Below are positions 12,646-24,977 of a DNA stretch of 64,000 nt, piece by piece; within the stretch, counting starts at the first letter, position 1; the number at the start of each line of letters is the position of its first letter. Origin of the DNA: Eledone cirrhosa (taxonomy: Eukaryota). Under the pieces are notes generated by a model. It did not search any database and was not told where the DNA came from. It worked only from the letters and a program-made list of their open reading frames with translations. The stretch covers positions 22,754,001-22,818,000 of the forward strand of contig OZ024757.1 in NCBI GenBank assembly GCA_964016885.1. Direction: 5' to 3'. The position numbers and the translations under genes are program-made.

Positions 12646-12692
12646 TGCTGACAATCGTTTCTTCCAAACTTTCGTTTGGAATCATCGGAACA
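12646..12692 (-). ncRNA. Hammerhead motif with a mutated core (CCGAUGA)
   Basis: Minus strand TGTT-CCGATGA-TTCCAAAC-gaaa-GTTTGGAA-GAA-ACGATTGT-C-AGCA: perfect 8-bp stem II with a GNRA loop, near-palindromic stem III, GUC site. Confidence 0.65.
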
Positions 12693-13016
12693 CTAGCAAA
12701 GTTTAGACATATAATTAACCTCCTATTCCACAGAACAATCGTAAAGACACATAGATGTTAGTGTTGTCATTAACAGTGTCATATTTAAAGAGTGAAGATG
12801 ATGTGGTCAGTATCAGTGGATGCGACAAAGATTATAAAAGAATAATACAACAATAATAGAGGAAATAAAGAAGAAAGTTACTCGCAAAGCGAGGACATTA
12901 GCAGTACATATGCAAGTGTATAGAAAGAGTGCAGATGTGTTAGGCAATGTACAGTATAACCAGGTAAGAAACAAGCATTGGTACTAAGCATATATATCAC
13001 AGTATATATATATATA

Positions 13017-13423
13017 CGAGGGTAATCCCAAAAGTAAGGTCCCCAAAGTGATGGAGATGCAGAGAAACTGTTTGTACGGCTGTTGGCAACACTGTTGTGA
13101 TTGGTGCTTCCTTCACTCCCAAATAAGCATGCGCGCTTTGCTGGGATGCTCAATCTTGGCTTGGCAGCCGTTGAGAATGGAGCTCCCGTCGAACGCTACC
13201 GCCAAGTGTGAATTTCGCGCAGTTATTATATACGAGGGCAATCCCAAAAGTAAGGTCTCCTTCCGAGGAAAACATGCGTAAAGATCAGCGGATCACTCTG
13301 GATGCTCTCTGCATTTTGGTTCCTGAGGTTTCCCGAAGCACCATCCACAGGATTTTAACGGAAAAGTTGCAATATCGGAAGTTGCAATATCGGAAGGAGA
13401 CCTTACTTTTGGGATTGCCCTCA
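13017..13423 (+). mobile_element. Mariner-derived non-autonomous element with three TIR copies
   Basis: TA|CGAGGG(T/C)AATCCCAAAAGTAAGGTC at 13017 and 13233, inverted copy ending at 13423|TA. Remnants MELPSNATAKCEFRAVI and RITLDAL...SRSTIHRILTEKLQYRK resemble the mariner HTH region. Confidence 0.8.
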
Positions 13424-13889
13424 TATATAGGAAAAGAATAGGGACTCCGACGGCTGAGCCCCAGCCATTACGACAGCTAGATCCGAACTGGTACCTTACC
13501 ACATCCTCTTTGTTATCTATCTATCTATATATATACAAATTGAAATGATATAGATTTCTCAAATCATTTAATACCTTACATATGTTTCAATGTATAATCA
13601 AAACTAAGATTATTTGAATGGCCAGTAAAATCAGCCAATCACAGCACATTCTACTAGTTTCTCCTTATTATTTCGTTATCTCACTTCTCATTCCTTTTCT
13701 AGAAGAAATTGTCTGTGTTCAGCCGTGCAGAGAAGACAAGCCCCCGCCAGGTTTAAAGTTCCCAAAACACAACGCTCATGTGCCTAGGGGTCCATAGTAT
13801 ATACACCTATATAAAATCTTTAAAAATTTCTTTTTTAGGCGAATGACATAATAAAATTCAAATAAAATGGTGTCCCTTTTAATGAAATA

Positions 13890-14510
13890 GAGGCATGTGG
13901 CCTAGTGGTAAGTGTGTTGCACTTACGATCATAATTGTTTCTACTTTAGGCACAAGGCCAGCAATTACCCAGTACATTACTGGTACTTTATTTTATCGAC
14001 CCCGTAAGGATGAAAGGCAAAGTTAACCTCGACGGGATTTGAACTCAGACTGTAAAGGGACGTAACTATGCTGGAAAGCATGGCGTCCGACTTACGATCA
14101 TAATGCTATGGGTTTGATTCCTGGACTGGGTTGTGGGTTGTGAGAAGGCACGTGGCCTAGTGACAAGGGTGTTTGACTTACGATTATAACATTGTAGGTT
14201 CAATTCCCAGACTGTGTTCTATGTTGTTTTCTTGCACAAAACACTTCATTTCCCATTGCACCAGTATACTCAGCTGAATATCATCAATAGCTAAGTGTTT
14301 AACCCTGCAATAGACTGGCATTCTCTCCAGGAGGTGTCATGCAATCTCAATCACTTTATGCCACAGAAACTGGGCTAAGCTTGATCAGCCTCTAGGCTTA
14401 AGACATACTTTAACTCTGTGATGGACGGGTGTCCTGTCCAGGGGGTTGTCTTGTACTCTCAGTTACTTCATGCACTAGCCTGATGACAATCTGGACTCAA
14501 GAGAGACTTT
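13890..14510. mobile_element. Cluster of older tRNA-headed SINE copies plus one family A copy (13931-14090, minus)
   Basis: Heads gaggcatgtggcctagtggtaag and aaggcacgtggcctagtg, ggttcaattccc B-box, and ccctgcaatagactggcatt...ccagg segments. Confidence 0.65.
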
Positions 14511-14673
14511 AGACATCTTATCTTGATGGCCTAAGAATGAGCTTGTTTTGTTTAATGCTTAAACCATCCCCAATGACGATCACAACACTACTGTGAATAA
14601 ACCAATTTATGAAGTGTGTATGGGTGTGTTTGTGTGTGTGTGTGTGTTAGGTGTGTGGGTGTATTGACAGATG

Positions 14674-14719
<46 letters not shown>

Positions 14720-14978
14720 GAGAAATGGATCGATGGTTAGAAAGATAGATAGATGGATACATAGGTAGATACGTAGATAGCAAGATAGATAGGTGGATAT
14801 ATATATATATATACCCTTGCAAGCAGGGAAAAAGCGGACGTAAAATGATGATGATATATATATATATATAGATAGATAGGTAGTTAGGTATATAGATAGA
14901 TGGATAGATAGATGGATGGATATGTAGATAGATATGTAGAGAGATAGGTAGATAGATAGATAGGTAGATAGATAGATA

Positions 14979-15301
14979 TGTTTCTTTTATTTGCCACCAG
15001 GGCATCAAAAGTGGGACAAGTACAATGGGGGCAGTTTACAAAACAAGGCGTCCTCAATAAGGAGGAGGCAATAAAAAAATATAAAAATAAAATAAAATAT
15101 AACAGAATAAAATTTATAACAAAATCCTCAATAGAGAGGAGGTGCCTTGGGGGGTCGCACACACCTCCGAAAAAAAGTGTGCAACCCTTTTCCTCAGGAG
15201 CACAGAGAAGGGGTGCTCCCTTGGTCTTTCATCTTCCTCACCTATAGTCTGATGTAGAGTGAAGGCCCATTCACATGGACCATTCTCGCCACTTTCACCC
15301 A
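14979..15301 (-). mobile_element. L1/Tx1-like LINE 3' end inserted in (GATA)n
   Basis: Minus-strand ORF end WVKVARMVHVNGPSLYIRL*, then a 3' UTR ending gccctggtggcaaataaaagaaac. GATA repeats lie on both flanks. Confidence 0.6.
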
Positions 15302-15340
15302 TAGATAGATATGTAGGTAGATATATAGATAGATAGACAT

Positions 15341-15655
15341 ATTTCTTTATTTGCCACAAGGGCGCACAAGAAAAGGGGACAAAACAAAGAGATGCCGGGG
15401 ATTTTACATACAGTCGTGTAAAAATAGGAAACAAACAATTATAACAATCAAAATCCCCAATAGGGGGGAGGCACCACAAATGGGTTGTTTATAACCCCGT
15501 CGATAGAACAACCTTCAACTTCAGGAGCGTGTTGTGCAAGTGCTCCCTTCTTCCTTTTGCTCTCTTCTTCAACCTACAGGTTTATATACAGAGAAGGCCC
15601 AATCACTCGGGCAATTTTTGCTACATTCACCCACCTTTCAGTAAATTTACTGGGG
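15341..15655 (-). mobile_element. Second L1/Tx1-like LINE 3' end
   Basis: ORF end SKFTERWVNVAKIARVIGPSLYINL*; 3' end gcgcccttgtggcaaataaagaaat followed by (ATCT)n-like sequence. Confidence 0.6.
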
Positions 15656-15921
15656 TGGAATGAATGGATGAAGGTATGCGTACAGCAGGTAGTGAGTGTT
15701 AGTGTGTGATGTGAAATGTCAGACATGACATGAAAAGTGATTCGATAGCTGAACAATCAATGAAATGGCAGATCTTTATCTTTCCTGGAAACATTAAAAT
15801 AAGTAATTCTCAAATTAAAATGACAAAAATGGAAAGGAAAACTTTGAAAAGCCAAAGTTTGTATATCATTAATTTTGGTAATAACCTTTAGAGAAATTTA
15901 AGGAGGTTGACACATACGGAA

Positions 15922-16520
15922 GTGATGATGGTGGTGGTGGTGGTGGTGGTGGTGGTGGTGGTGGTGGTAAAGGTGGTGGTAAAGGTAAAGGTGATGGTGG
16001 TGAAGGTGGTGGTGAAGGTGGCGGTGGTGGTGGTGATGGTGGTGGTAAAGGTGGTGATGGTGGTAAAGGTGGTGGTGGTGGTAAAGGTGGTGGTGGTGAT
16101 GGTGGTGAAGGTGGTGGTAAAGGTGGTGATGGTGGTAAAGGTGGTGGTGGTGGTAAAGGTTGTAAAGGTGGTGGTGGTGATGGTGGTGGTGGTGGTGGTG
16201 GTGATGGCGGTGGTGGTGGTAAAGGTGGTGATGGTGGTAAAGGTGGTAAAGGTGGTGGTGGTGAAGGTGGTGGTGGTGATCGTGGTGGTGGTAACGGTGG
16301 TGATGGTGGTAAAGGTGGTGGTGGTGGTAAAGGTGGTGGTGGTGGTGATGGTGGTGGTGGTAAAGGTGGTGATGGTGGTAAAGGTGGTCGTGGTGGTAAA
16401 GGTGGTGGTGGTGGTAAAGGAGGTGATGGTGGTAAAGGTGGTCGTGGTGGTAAAGGTGGTCGTGGTAGTAAAAGTGGTGGTGGTGGTGATGGTGGTAAAG
16501 GTGGTGGTGGTGATGGTGGT
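15922..16520. repeat. (GGT)n microsatellite with GAT/AAA variants
   Basis: Direct inspection. It explains the poly-His, poly-Pro and poly-Val ORFs. Confidence 0.95.
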
Positions 16521-16747
16521 AATTGCTGGGTAATTGCTGGGTAATTGATGGCCTTGTGATTAAAGTAGAAACAATTATTATTATTGTCATTAGAGCAGTG
16601 GGTTGGCAGAACCAGTAGAGCATTGGACAACATTCTTTGTGACATAGTGTTACAGCCCTTTACATTCTGATTTCAAATCCTGCTGACATTAGCTTTGCCT
16701 TTTACCCTCATGAGATCAACAAAATAAAGCACCAGTAACACACTTAA

Positions 16748-16952
16748 CCCTTTAGCATATACATTACTCTATATTTATAATTGTAATTTCATGGTAAAGG
16801 CTTAAAGGCTTTACCTCCCATAATATTGAATCTATGAGATTTTGATATTATTTATTTTTGGATCAATACCTTAATGTCAGCGGTACGGCCAGTTTGAACA
16901 GAAAGAGATGAGAGAATTCTGGCCAGCTATGGCCGGTTTAAATATTAAAGGG
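16748..16952. mobile_element. piggyBac-type MITE inserted in an old SINE
   Basis: TTAA|CCCTTTAGCAT...ATATTAAAGGG|TTAA. SINE sequence continues on both sides (about 16595-17005). Confidence 0.85.
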
Positions 16953-17689
16953 TTAACTTTCCTCTCCCCCAAAGTTGTTGACCTTGAGCTTAAATCAGAA
17001 GCCGTTAAAATAGTTGGTAACAACATAATATATATGCTTTAGTATTTTTTTAGAATTCTATTTCTTTTGTGTTCTTGTGGACAGTTAAGCAGAAAGGTTT
17101 AAGAAGGGATGAATGGTTGTAGTTGAACCAGAAAGGTAATGAGAATTCAGTTGAACCAGTAGCTTATAAATTACTGACAATCAAGAGAAACTGGTTTAAT
17201 TAGCAATGGCTCAACGGGTGAAATGGCTGGATGGCAGGCAATCAGGGGATTTAAGCTAGGGAACTGAATGCTACTGAGTGAATGTCGGGGAGGAAGAAAA
17301 GGAACCGGATTTACATTGCATCTGTCTATATCTGAACATACACTCTGCAGCAAAATGCACCCATGTGCACTGGGTTGGAACAGTACCATGATGAGGAAAA
17401 TTTGTGGATAGATGACGGAGTTAGAGAGATGGAGAAGAAAGATGATGAAAAGAGATGAAGAAATGCCACTTAATTGTTAGATAATTCATGAGTTTTGAGA
17501 AGTGGGTAAATAAATCAGAGTAATTAATTAGCTAATTATTTCTATCGTTTATTAGCTCCACCTTCTGTTTATTTAGTTGTTTGGGTGGACTACAATCCTA
17601 CCACCACTCCCTCACAACCGATTACAACTGCTTTTGAAATTTACTGTATATTTTAAAAATAATCTGCTCAGTAGACATTTTCATCTTCA

Positions 17690-19075
17690 GATATTTTCTG
17701 TTAAATCATTACAGAATGTTAAGTCTTAATACTGCAAATGTGTATGTTGATCTGTCTACTAGTAAAGATACTGCAAACATTTGAATTGACAAACTAATTT
17801 TCAAATATTTTCTGTTAAATTGTTGCGGGATATTAAGAGTTAATACTGCAAATTTTCACAACAAACTGTCTACTAGTAAAGATACTGCAAATATTTGAAT
17901 TGACAAACTAATTTTCAAATATTTTCTGTTAAATTGTTGCGGGATATTAAGAGTTAATACTGCAAATTTTCACAACAAACTGTCTACTAGTAAAGATACT
18001 GCAAACATTTGAATTGACAAACTAATTTTCAAATATTTTCTGTTAAATTGTTGCGGGATATTAAGAGTTAATACTGCAAATTTTCACAACAAACTGTCTA
18101 CTAGTAAAGATACTGCAAACATTTGAATTGACAAACTAATTTTCAAATATTTTCTGTTAAATTGTTGCGGGATATTAAGAGTTAATACTGCAAATTTTCA
18201 CAACAAACTGTCTACTAGTAAAGATACTGCAAACATTTGAATTGACAAACTAATTTTCAAATATTTTCTGTTAAATTGTTGCGGGATATTAAGAGTTAAT
18301 ACTGCAAATTTTCACAACAAACTGTCTACTAGTAAAGATACTGCAAATATTTGAATTGACAAACTAATTTTCAAATATTTTCTGTTAAATTGTTGCGGGA
18401 TATTAAGAGTTAATACTGCAAATTTTCACAACAAACTGTCTACTAGTAAAGATACTGCAAATATTTGAATTGACAAACTAATTTTCAAATATTTTCTGTT
18501 AAATTGTTGCGGGATATTAAGAGTTAATACTGCAAATTTTCACAACAAACTGTCTACTAGTAAAGATACTGCAAATATTTGAATTGACAAACTAATTTTC
18601 AAATATTTTCTGTTAAATTGTTGCGGGATATTAAGAGTTAATACTGCAAATTTTCACAACAAACTGTCTACTAGTAAAGATACTGCAAATATTTGAATTG
18701 ACAAACTAATTTTCAAATATTTTCTGTTAAATTGTTGCGGGATATTAAGAGTTAATACTGCAAATTTTCACAACAAACTGTCTACTAGTAAAGATACTGC
18801 AAACATTTGAATTGACAAACTAATTTTCAAATATTTTCTGTTAAATTGTTGCGGGATATTAAGAGTTAATACTGCAAATTTTCACAACAAACTGTCTACT
18901 AGTAAAGATACTGCAAACATTTGAATTGACAAACTAATTTTCAAATATTTTCTGTTAAATTGTTGCGGGATATTAAGAGTTAATACTGCAAATTTTCACA
19001 ACAAACTGTCTACTAGTAAAGATACTGCAAACATTTGAATTGACAAACCTGTTTTTTAGATATTTTCTGATAAAT
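17690..19075. repeat. 114-bp tandem satellite, about 11-12 near-identical units
   Basis: agtaaagata recurs at 17761, 17875, 17989 ... 18901, 19015. Core units appear to differ only at aaac/aaat. All six frames contain stops. Confidence 0.97.
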
Positions 19076-19096
19076 CATAACAGGATTTTGATTTTA

Positions 19097-19790
19097 TTTA
19101 CATTCTGAGTTCAAATCCCACCAATGTTAACTTTGCCTTTCATCCTTACAGGGTTGCTAAAATGAAGTACCAGTAATGTACTGGGGTCGATTTAATCGAC
19201 TTTTCCCTCCCCTTAAATTGTTTGCCTTGTGCCTAAATCAGGAACTATTATTATTAATATTATTCCCTTTACAGTCTGAGTTCAAATCCCACCGAGGTTA
19301 ACTTTGCCTTTCATCCTTACGTGGTGGATAACATAAAGTACCAGTAATACACTGGGTAATTGCTGGCCTTGTGCCAGAAGTAGAAACAATTATATATTAT
19401 TATTATTATTATTATTATTGGCAGTATCAGTAGAGTGGCGGACGCCATGCATAACAGCATAGAGTTACGGCCCTTTACAATCTGAGTTCAAATCCCACCA
19501 AGGTTAACTTTGCCTTTCAACCCTTTTGAGGTCAATAAAATAAAGTACCAGTAATGTACTGGGTAGTTGCTGGCCTTGTAGAAACAATTATTATTATTAT
19601 TATTATTATTAGGGCAGTGGAGTAGCAGTATCGGTAACTCTATGCTTTGCAGCATAGAGTTACATTCTGAGTTCAAGTCCCACAGTGGTTAGCTTTGTTT
19701 TTCATCCTTACGGGGTTGATAAAATAAAGTACCAGTAATACACTGGTATCAATTTAATCAACTTTCCCCTCCCCTAAAATTATTGGCCTT
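19097..19790 (+). mobile_element. Cluster of four SINE family A or older-variant copies with (ATT)n spacers
   Basis: Repeated gagttcaaatccc...gcctttcatcctta...aagtaccagtaat cores. Confidence 0.8.
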
Positions 19791-19920
19791 GGGGCAAGAG
19801 GACAGATGATGGAGGCAATGGGTCGTCAGATGACGGAGTGACATGGCAGGGAAGGGGACAGACGACAATGCCTCACAACATCAGAGATTCAAGGCGAGAG
19901 GGAAGAGGCAGCACCAGCAA

Positions 19921-20620
19921 CATCATCATCATCATCATCATCATCACCTTTTATGTCCGTTCTTCCATGCTAGCATGGGTTAGACGGGTTGTCCTGTTGT
20001 GGGCAGTGTCTGGTCGGCTGACCTTGTCTTGCTCATACGGGAACTGATTCTGGCTTGATTTCTACAGCTGGATACCCTTCCTAGCACCAACCTCATTTAC
20101 AGTGAGTGATGGGTGCTATTTTGCCGTGGCACCTCCACAACCACTTTACAGTGAGTGCTGGGTGCTTTTTTGCCGTGGCACCTCCACGACCACTTTACAG
20201 TGAGTGCTGGGTGCTTTTTTGCCGTGGCACCTCCACGACCACTTTACAGTGAGTGCTGGGTGCTATTTTGCCGTGGCACCTCCACGACCACTTTACAGTG
20301 AGTGCTGGGTGCTTTTTTGCCGTGGCACCTCCACGACCACTTTACAGTGAGTGCTGGGTGCTTTTTTGCCGTGGCACCTCCACGACCACTTTGCAGTGAG
20401 TGCTGGGTGCTTTTTTGCCATGGCACCTCCACGACCAGTTTGCAGTGGAATGATAGGGACCCCAGTCCCTATCATCTCATTTCTACAGCTGAGTAAACTG
20501 GAGCAATGTGAAAATAAAGTGTCTTGCTCAAGGAAACAACACATCACCCGGTCTGAGAATTGAACTCACAACCTTTCGATTGCAAGGCCAATGCTCTAAC
20601 CACTAAGCCATGTGCCTTCA
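19921..20620 (-). mobile_element. SINE family B with a 7x expanded 49-bp internal repeat
   Basis: Unit tttacagtgagtgctgggtgcttttttgccgtggcacctccacgaccac repeats from 20096 with period 49. tRNA head near 20620, (CAT)n tail at 19921. Confidence 0.85.
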
Positions 20621-20899
20621 CAAACTATATTTACAAAGAAGGCGAAATGTCTCCGTAAAATATGAAAATCCTATTCATGAAGAAAATATGTTCTTGCTCG
20701 CCAACGGAAAAGTAGATGTTTCATGTTACATTAAGAAGAATATGGAGGTCTTTTGAAACTCCACCCCTCCATGTTGTCACCCCACATACCCTACAACAAC
20801 AAACAACAACAAAAATAAATAAACTCCATTAATCATGATAATTGGATCTTTTTTGTTTTTGAAATTATTATTTATTGTTTCATGTTTATCTATTATATT

Positions 20900-20957
20900 T
20901 GTGTATATATGTGTGTGTGGGTGTATGTTTATATATATATATATGTGTGTTTGTGTG

Positions 20958-20996
<39 letters not shown>

Positions 20997-21314
20997 TTAT
21001 ATATATGTGTATGTATATATGTGTGTGTATATGTGTGTGTGTTTGCCTGTATATATATATGTGTGTGTGTGTATGTGTTTGTGTGTATATATATATGTGT
21101 GTGCGTGTTTATATACATATATGTGTATGTGTTTATGTGTGTGTGTATATATATATGTGTGAGTGTGTGTGTGTGTGTATATATATATGTGTGTGCGTGT
21201 TTATATACATATATGTGTATGTGTTTATGTGTGTGTGTTTATGTGTGTATATATATATATGTATGTGTGTGTGTGTTTGTGTGTGTATATATATATATGT
21301 GTGTGTGTGTGTGA

Positions 21315-21364
<50 letters not shown>

Positions 21365-21369
21365 TTGTG

Positions 21370-21402
<33 letters not shown>

Positions 21403-21440
21403 TTATATACATATATGTGTATGTGTTTATGTGTGTGTGT

Positions 21441-21482
<42 letters not shown>

Positions 21483-21533
21483 TTGTGTTTGTGTATATAT
21501 ATATATATATATATGTGTGTGTTTGTGTTTGTG

Positions 21534-21568
<35 letters not shown>

Positions 21569-21730
21569 TTGCCTTTGTTTTCGTATCTCATTATATACAG
21601 CATGTCTTATGACTTTGATCACGTCCTTCAGAAGAAAGAATGATGTAAAGGAGGTTGGGTCGACTTAGTTTGTCTCGTGTGCCTTTTTCAGCTTGATTGA
21701 AATTGCCTCTCCACTCCATTAGTCATATAG

Positions 21731-21779
<49 letters not shown>

Positions 21780-21816
21780 GCATATAAAAATATATGCACA
21801 TATATAAATGCATATA

Positions 21817-21889
<73 letters not shown>

Positions 21890-21925
21890 GCATATATATA
21901 TATGTATATATATATATATAAATGC

Positions 21926-21956
<31 letters not shown>

Positions 21957-21961
21957 AATGC

Positions 21962-21992
<31 letters not shown>

Positions 21993-21999
21993 TATATAA

Positions 22000-22033
<34 letters not shown>

Positions 22034-22072
22034 GCATATATATATATATATATATATATAAATGCATATATA

Positions 22073-22133
<61 letters not shown>

Positions 22134-22158
22134 GCATATATATATATATATATATAAA

Positions 22159-22207
<49 letters not shown>

Positions 22208-22214
22208 GCATATA

Positions 22215-22264
<50 letters not shown>

Positions 22265-22477
22265 TATAAATGCATATAAATATATATGCATACATATATA
22301 TACATGCATATATGTATATATATATATTTATAATGCATATAAATATGCATATATATATATATCTATGCATATATATATATATATATATATACTCACATTC
22401 ATTTATCTGCTTACGTATTCATTTATCTCTCTATTTATTCAAATGCAGGGGGTACACCACTATATTTGTTGCTATTA

Positions 22478-22508
<31 letters not shown>

Positions 22509-22543
22509 AAATAAATAATAAAATAAAATAAAATAAAATAAAA

Positions 22544-22574
<31 letters not shown>

Positions 22575-22625
22575 ATTAATAAAATAAAATAAAAATAAAT
22601 AAGTAAATAAATATAAATAAATATA
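20900..22625. repeat. Compound (TG)n/(TA)n, (TA)n-AATGC and (TAAA)n microsatellites
   Basis: Direct inspection. A short unique spacer lies at about 21570-21725. Confidence 0.9.
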
Positions 22626-22882
22626 TAATAGAGAAAGAAATGAACAAAATGGTTATTTGGGAAGTGTGAGTGAAGTTGGAGGTGTCCGCAGAGTAATCAG
22701 AAATGCAATTTCCGTAGAAAGGCCATGATGGAATATACCTCACCATTTCTACAGACTTTAATCTGTAACGTCGTTTGTTTTGTTTTTTTGCTATTGTTAC
22801 TCTTCTCTGTGACGCTGGCGTTTTTTTCTGTTTACAATAAAATTGCATTACTAGCTATGTTGGTTTTGTTGTTGTTGTTGCA

Positions 22883-22923
<41 letters not shown>

Positions 22924-22925
<2 letters not shown>

Positions 22926-23275
22926 TATAAGAATCTGGAGATAGAAATTGGAAAAATGTGGAAATTGAGAACTAAAACAATACCAGTGGTTGTAGGCGCT
23001 CTAGGAATGATACTTAAGGGGTCTAATGATTACTTATCGCAAATCCCAGGAAACCCGCGTATAGGAGAAATACAAAAGATAGTACTAATGGGAACTGCCC
23101 ATATACTAAGGAAGATTCTGTCAATATAAGTACATCACAAGTCTAAACACCTAAAGATGCATGTGTGAGTATGTATGTTCTTTCCTGAACATGGCGGACC
23201 TTGTTGACTCTTGAGGTCACTGGTTGTGACTTGGTGATAACTCCTATGAACATAAAGCAAGATAAATGCAGCTGT
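22924..23275 (+). mobile_element. R4/Dong-type non-LTR retrotransposon 3' end in (TAA)n
   Basis: YKNLEIEIGKMWKLRTKTIPVVVGALGMI...IQKIVLMGTAHILRKILSI* is typical of the C-terminus of the restriction-like endonuclease region. (TAA)n lies on both sides. Confidence 0.8.
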
Positions 23276-23288
23276 AATAATAATAATA

Positions 23289-23690
23289 AACACAATAGGC
23301 CTGACCTGGTGGTTTGGGACAAAGAAAAAAGATCGCGCCTGATTGTAGATGTAGCCTGCCCATTTGACACGAGAGTGCAAGAAAAGGAGAGGGAGAAAAT
23401 TAACTGATACCAGGACTTAAAGTGGGAATTAAAAAGGATTTGGAACTGCCATGAAATCAAGGTCGTCCCGATTGTCACAGGAGCACTAGGTACTATCTCA
23501 AAGAGTTTCCAAGGATGGTTAAAGAAGATTAGTCCAGCCCCACTTTTTGGAATAATTCAAAAGGTATGCTTGTTGGAAACAGCAAGAACCCTCCGATACG
23601 TCCTGAATATCTAAGGCTGCAGGTAGCGGCTTCATATTTATTTCAACAAACTTTCCAGTTAAATAACATCAATGGCCGAGACTCAAAGAA
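23289..23690 (+). mobile_element. Second R4/Dong-type 3' fragment with a PD-(D/E)xK endonuclease motif
   Basis: HNRPDLVVWDK...IVDVACPFDTRVQEKEREKIN*YQDLKWELKRIW...VVPIVTGALGTI...TARTLRYVLNI*. One in-frame stop; flanked by (TAA)n. Confidence 0.85.
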
Positions 23691-23707
23691 CAATAATAAT
23701 AATAACG

Positions 23708-23739
<32 letters not shown>

Positions 23740-24249
23740 TGTTTCTACTTTTGGCACAAGGCCAGCAATTACTCAGTGCATTACTGGTACTTTATTTTAT
23801 CGACCCCGTAAGTTGGGTGGAACTCGTCAAATCAGATTAAGGAAACGATCTTTCAATTGGTCTTTCCATTGCTGATACAATCTACTGGTCCCAACTCCTG
23901 GCAGAATGAGCAACGTGAAAATAAAGTGTCTTGCTTAAGGACATAACACATCACCTTGTCCAGCAACAGAACTTGCAACCTCACGATTACAAGTCAAACG
24001 CTCCAACAACTTAGCCCTGCCCCTTCAACATACTTCTTTGTATTAATGAATCATCCAATGCCCTGGGGTGGGGGTCAATCCATGGTTGGCCATTCCAGTG
24101 CACAGATCTGTTCTTTTGGGGCTTATATCTCTTTTGATGATTGATTTCAAGGACATAATGCATCGCTCAGTCCAGGAATCTAACCCACAAACTCATGATT
24201 GTGACTCCAATTCTCTAACCAATAAGCCACACATATAACTATCAGGTGG

Positions 24250-24433
24250 TATGGCAGTATCGGTAGAGGGTTGGACGCCATGCTTTCTAGCATAGTTACG
24301 TCCCTAGCCATTCTGAGTTCAAATCCAGCCGAGGTTAACTTTGCCTTTCATCCTCACGGGGTCGATAAAATAAAGTACCAGTAATGTACTGGGTAATTTG
24401 TTGGCCTTGTGCCAAAAGCAGAAACAATTATTA

Positions 24434-24478
<45 letters not shown>

Positions 24479-24770
24479 CGGAGTATTACTAGTTACCTAG
24501 CTGTGCTAGGGCGAGGAATAAAATTCTAATTTAATTTTGTTTTTTTATACCACATATATTATATAAAGTATCATTATATCACAGGTGGATTGGCAGTATC
24601 GTTAGATGGTCGGACGCCATGCTTTGCAGCATAGTTACGTCCCTAGCCATTCTGAGTTCAAATCCAGCCGAGGTTAACTTTGCCTTTCATCCTCACGGGG
24701 TCGATAAAATAAAGTACCAGTAATGTACTGGGTAATTGCTGGCCTTGTGCCTAAAGTAGAAACAATTATT
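24250..24770 (+). mobile_element. Two SINE family A copies
   Basis: Consensus matches at about 24250-24432 and 24586-24770. Confidence 0.85.
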
Positions 24771-24977
24771 TGGTGACCAGATAAGTAGGTGATGCTGACT
24801 ACATAGTTTACTGAACTCCAGTATATACAACATGTAGCGAAATGTTGATTACATTGACAGAAAAACTAAAGTAATCCTTCCAGCATTTATGTTCACTTAT
24901 TTATTGACTCTATGTATTTACCTATGAAATCATGTATACATATTCATATATGTTTATACCTAAAAACTTATGTGCAT

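Noticed and set aside
15869-16645. Poly-Pro, poly-His and poly-Val ORFs
   Set aside because: These are translations of a (GGT)n microsatellite.
17690-19075. 114-bp array as a CRISPR array or a 38-aa coding repeat
   Set aside because: Units are contiguous and near-identical with no unique spacers, and the context is eukaryotic. Every frame has a stop per unit; one frame has a single TGA, but nothing supports readthrough.
7470-19075. Two unrelated arrays sharing a 114-bp period
   Set aside because: No sequence similarity between the units; with only two cases, coincidence is sufficient.
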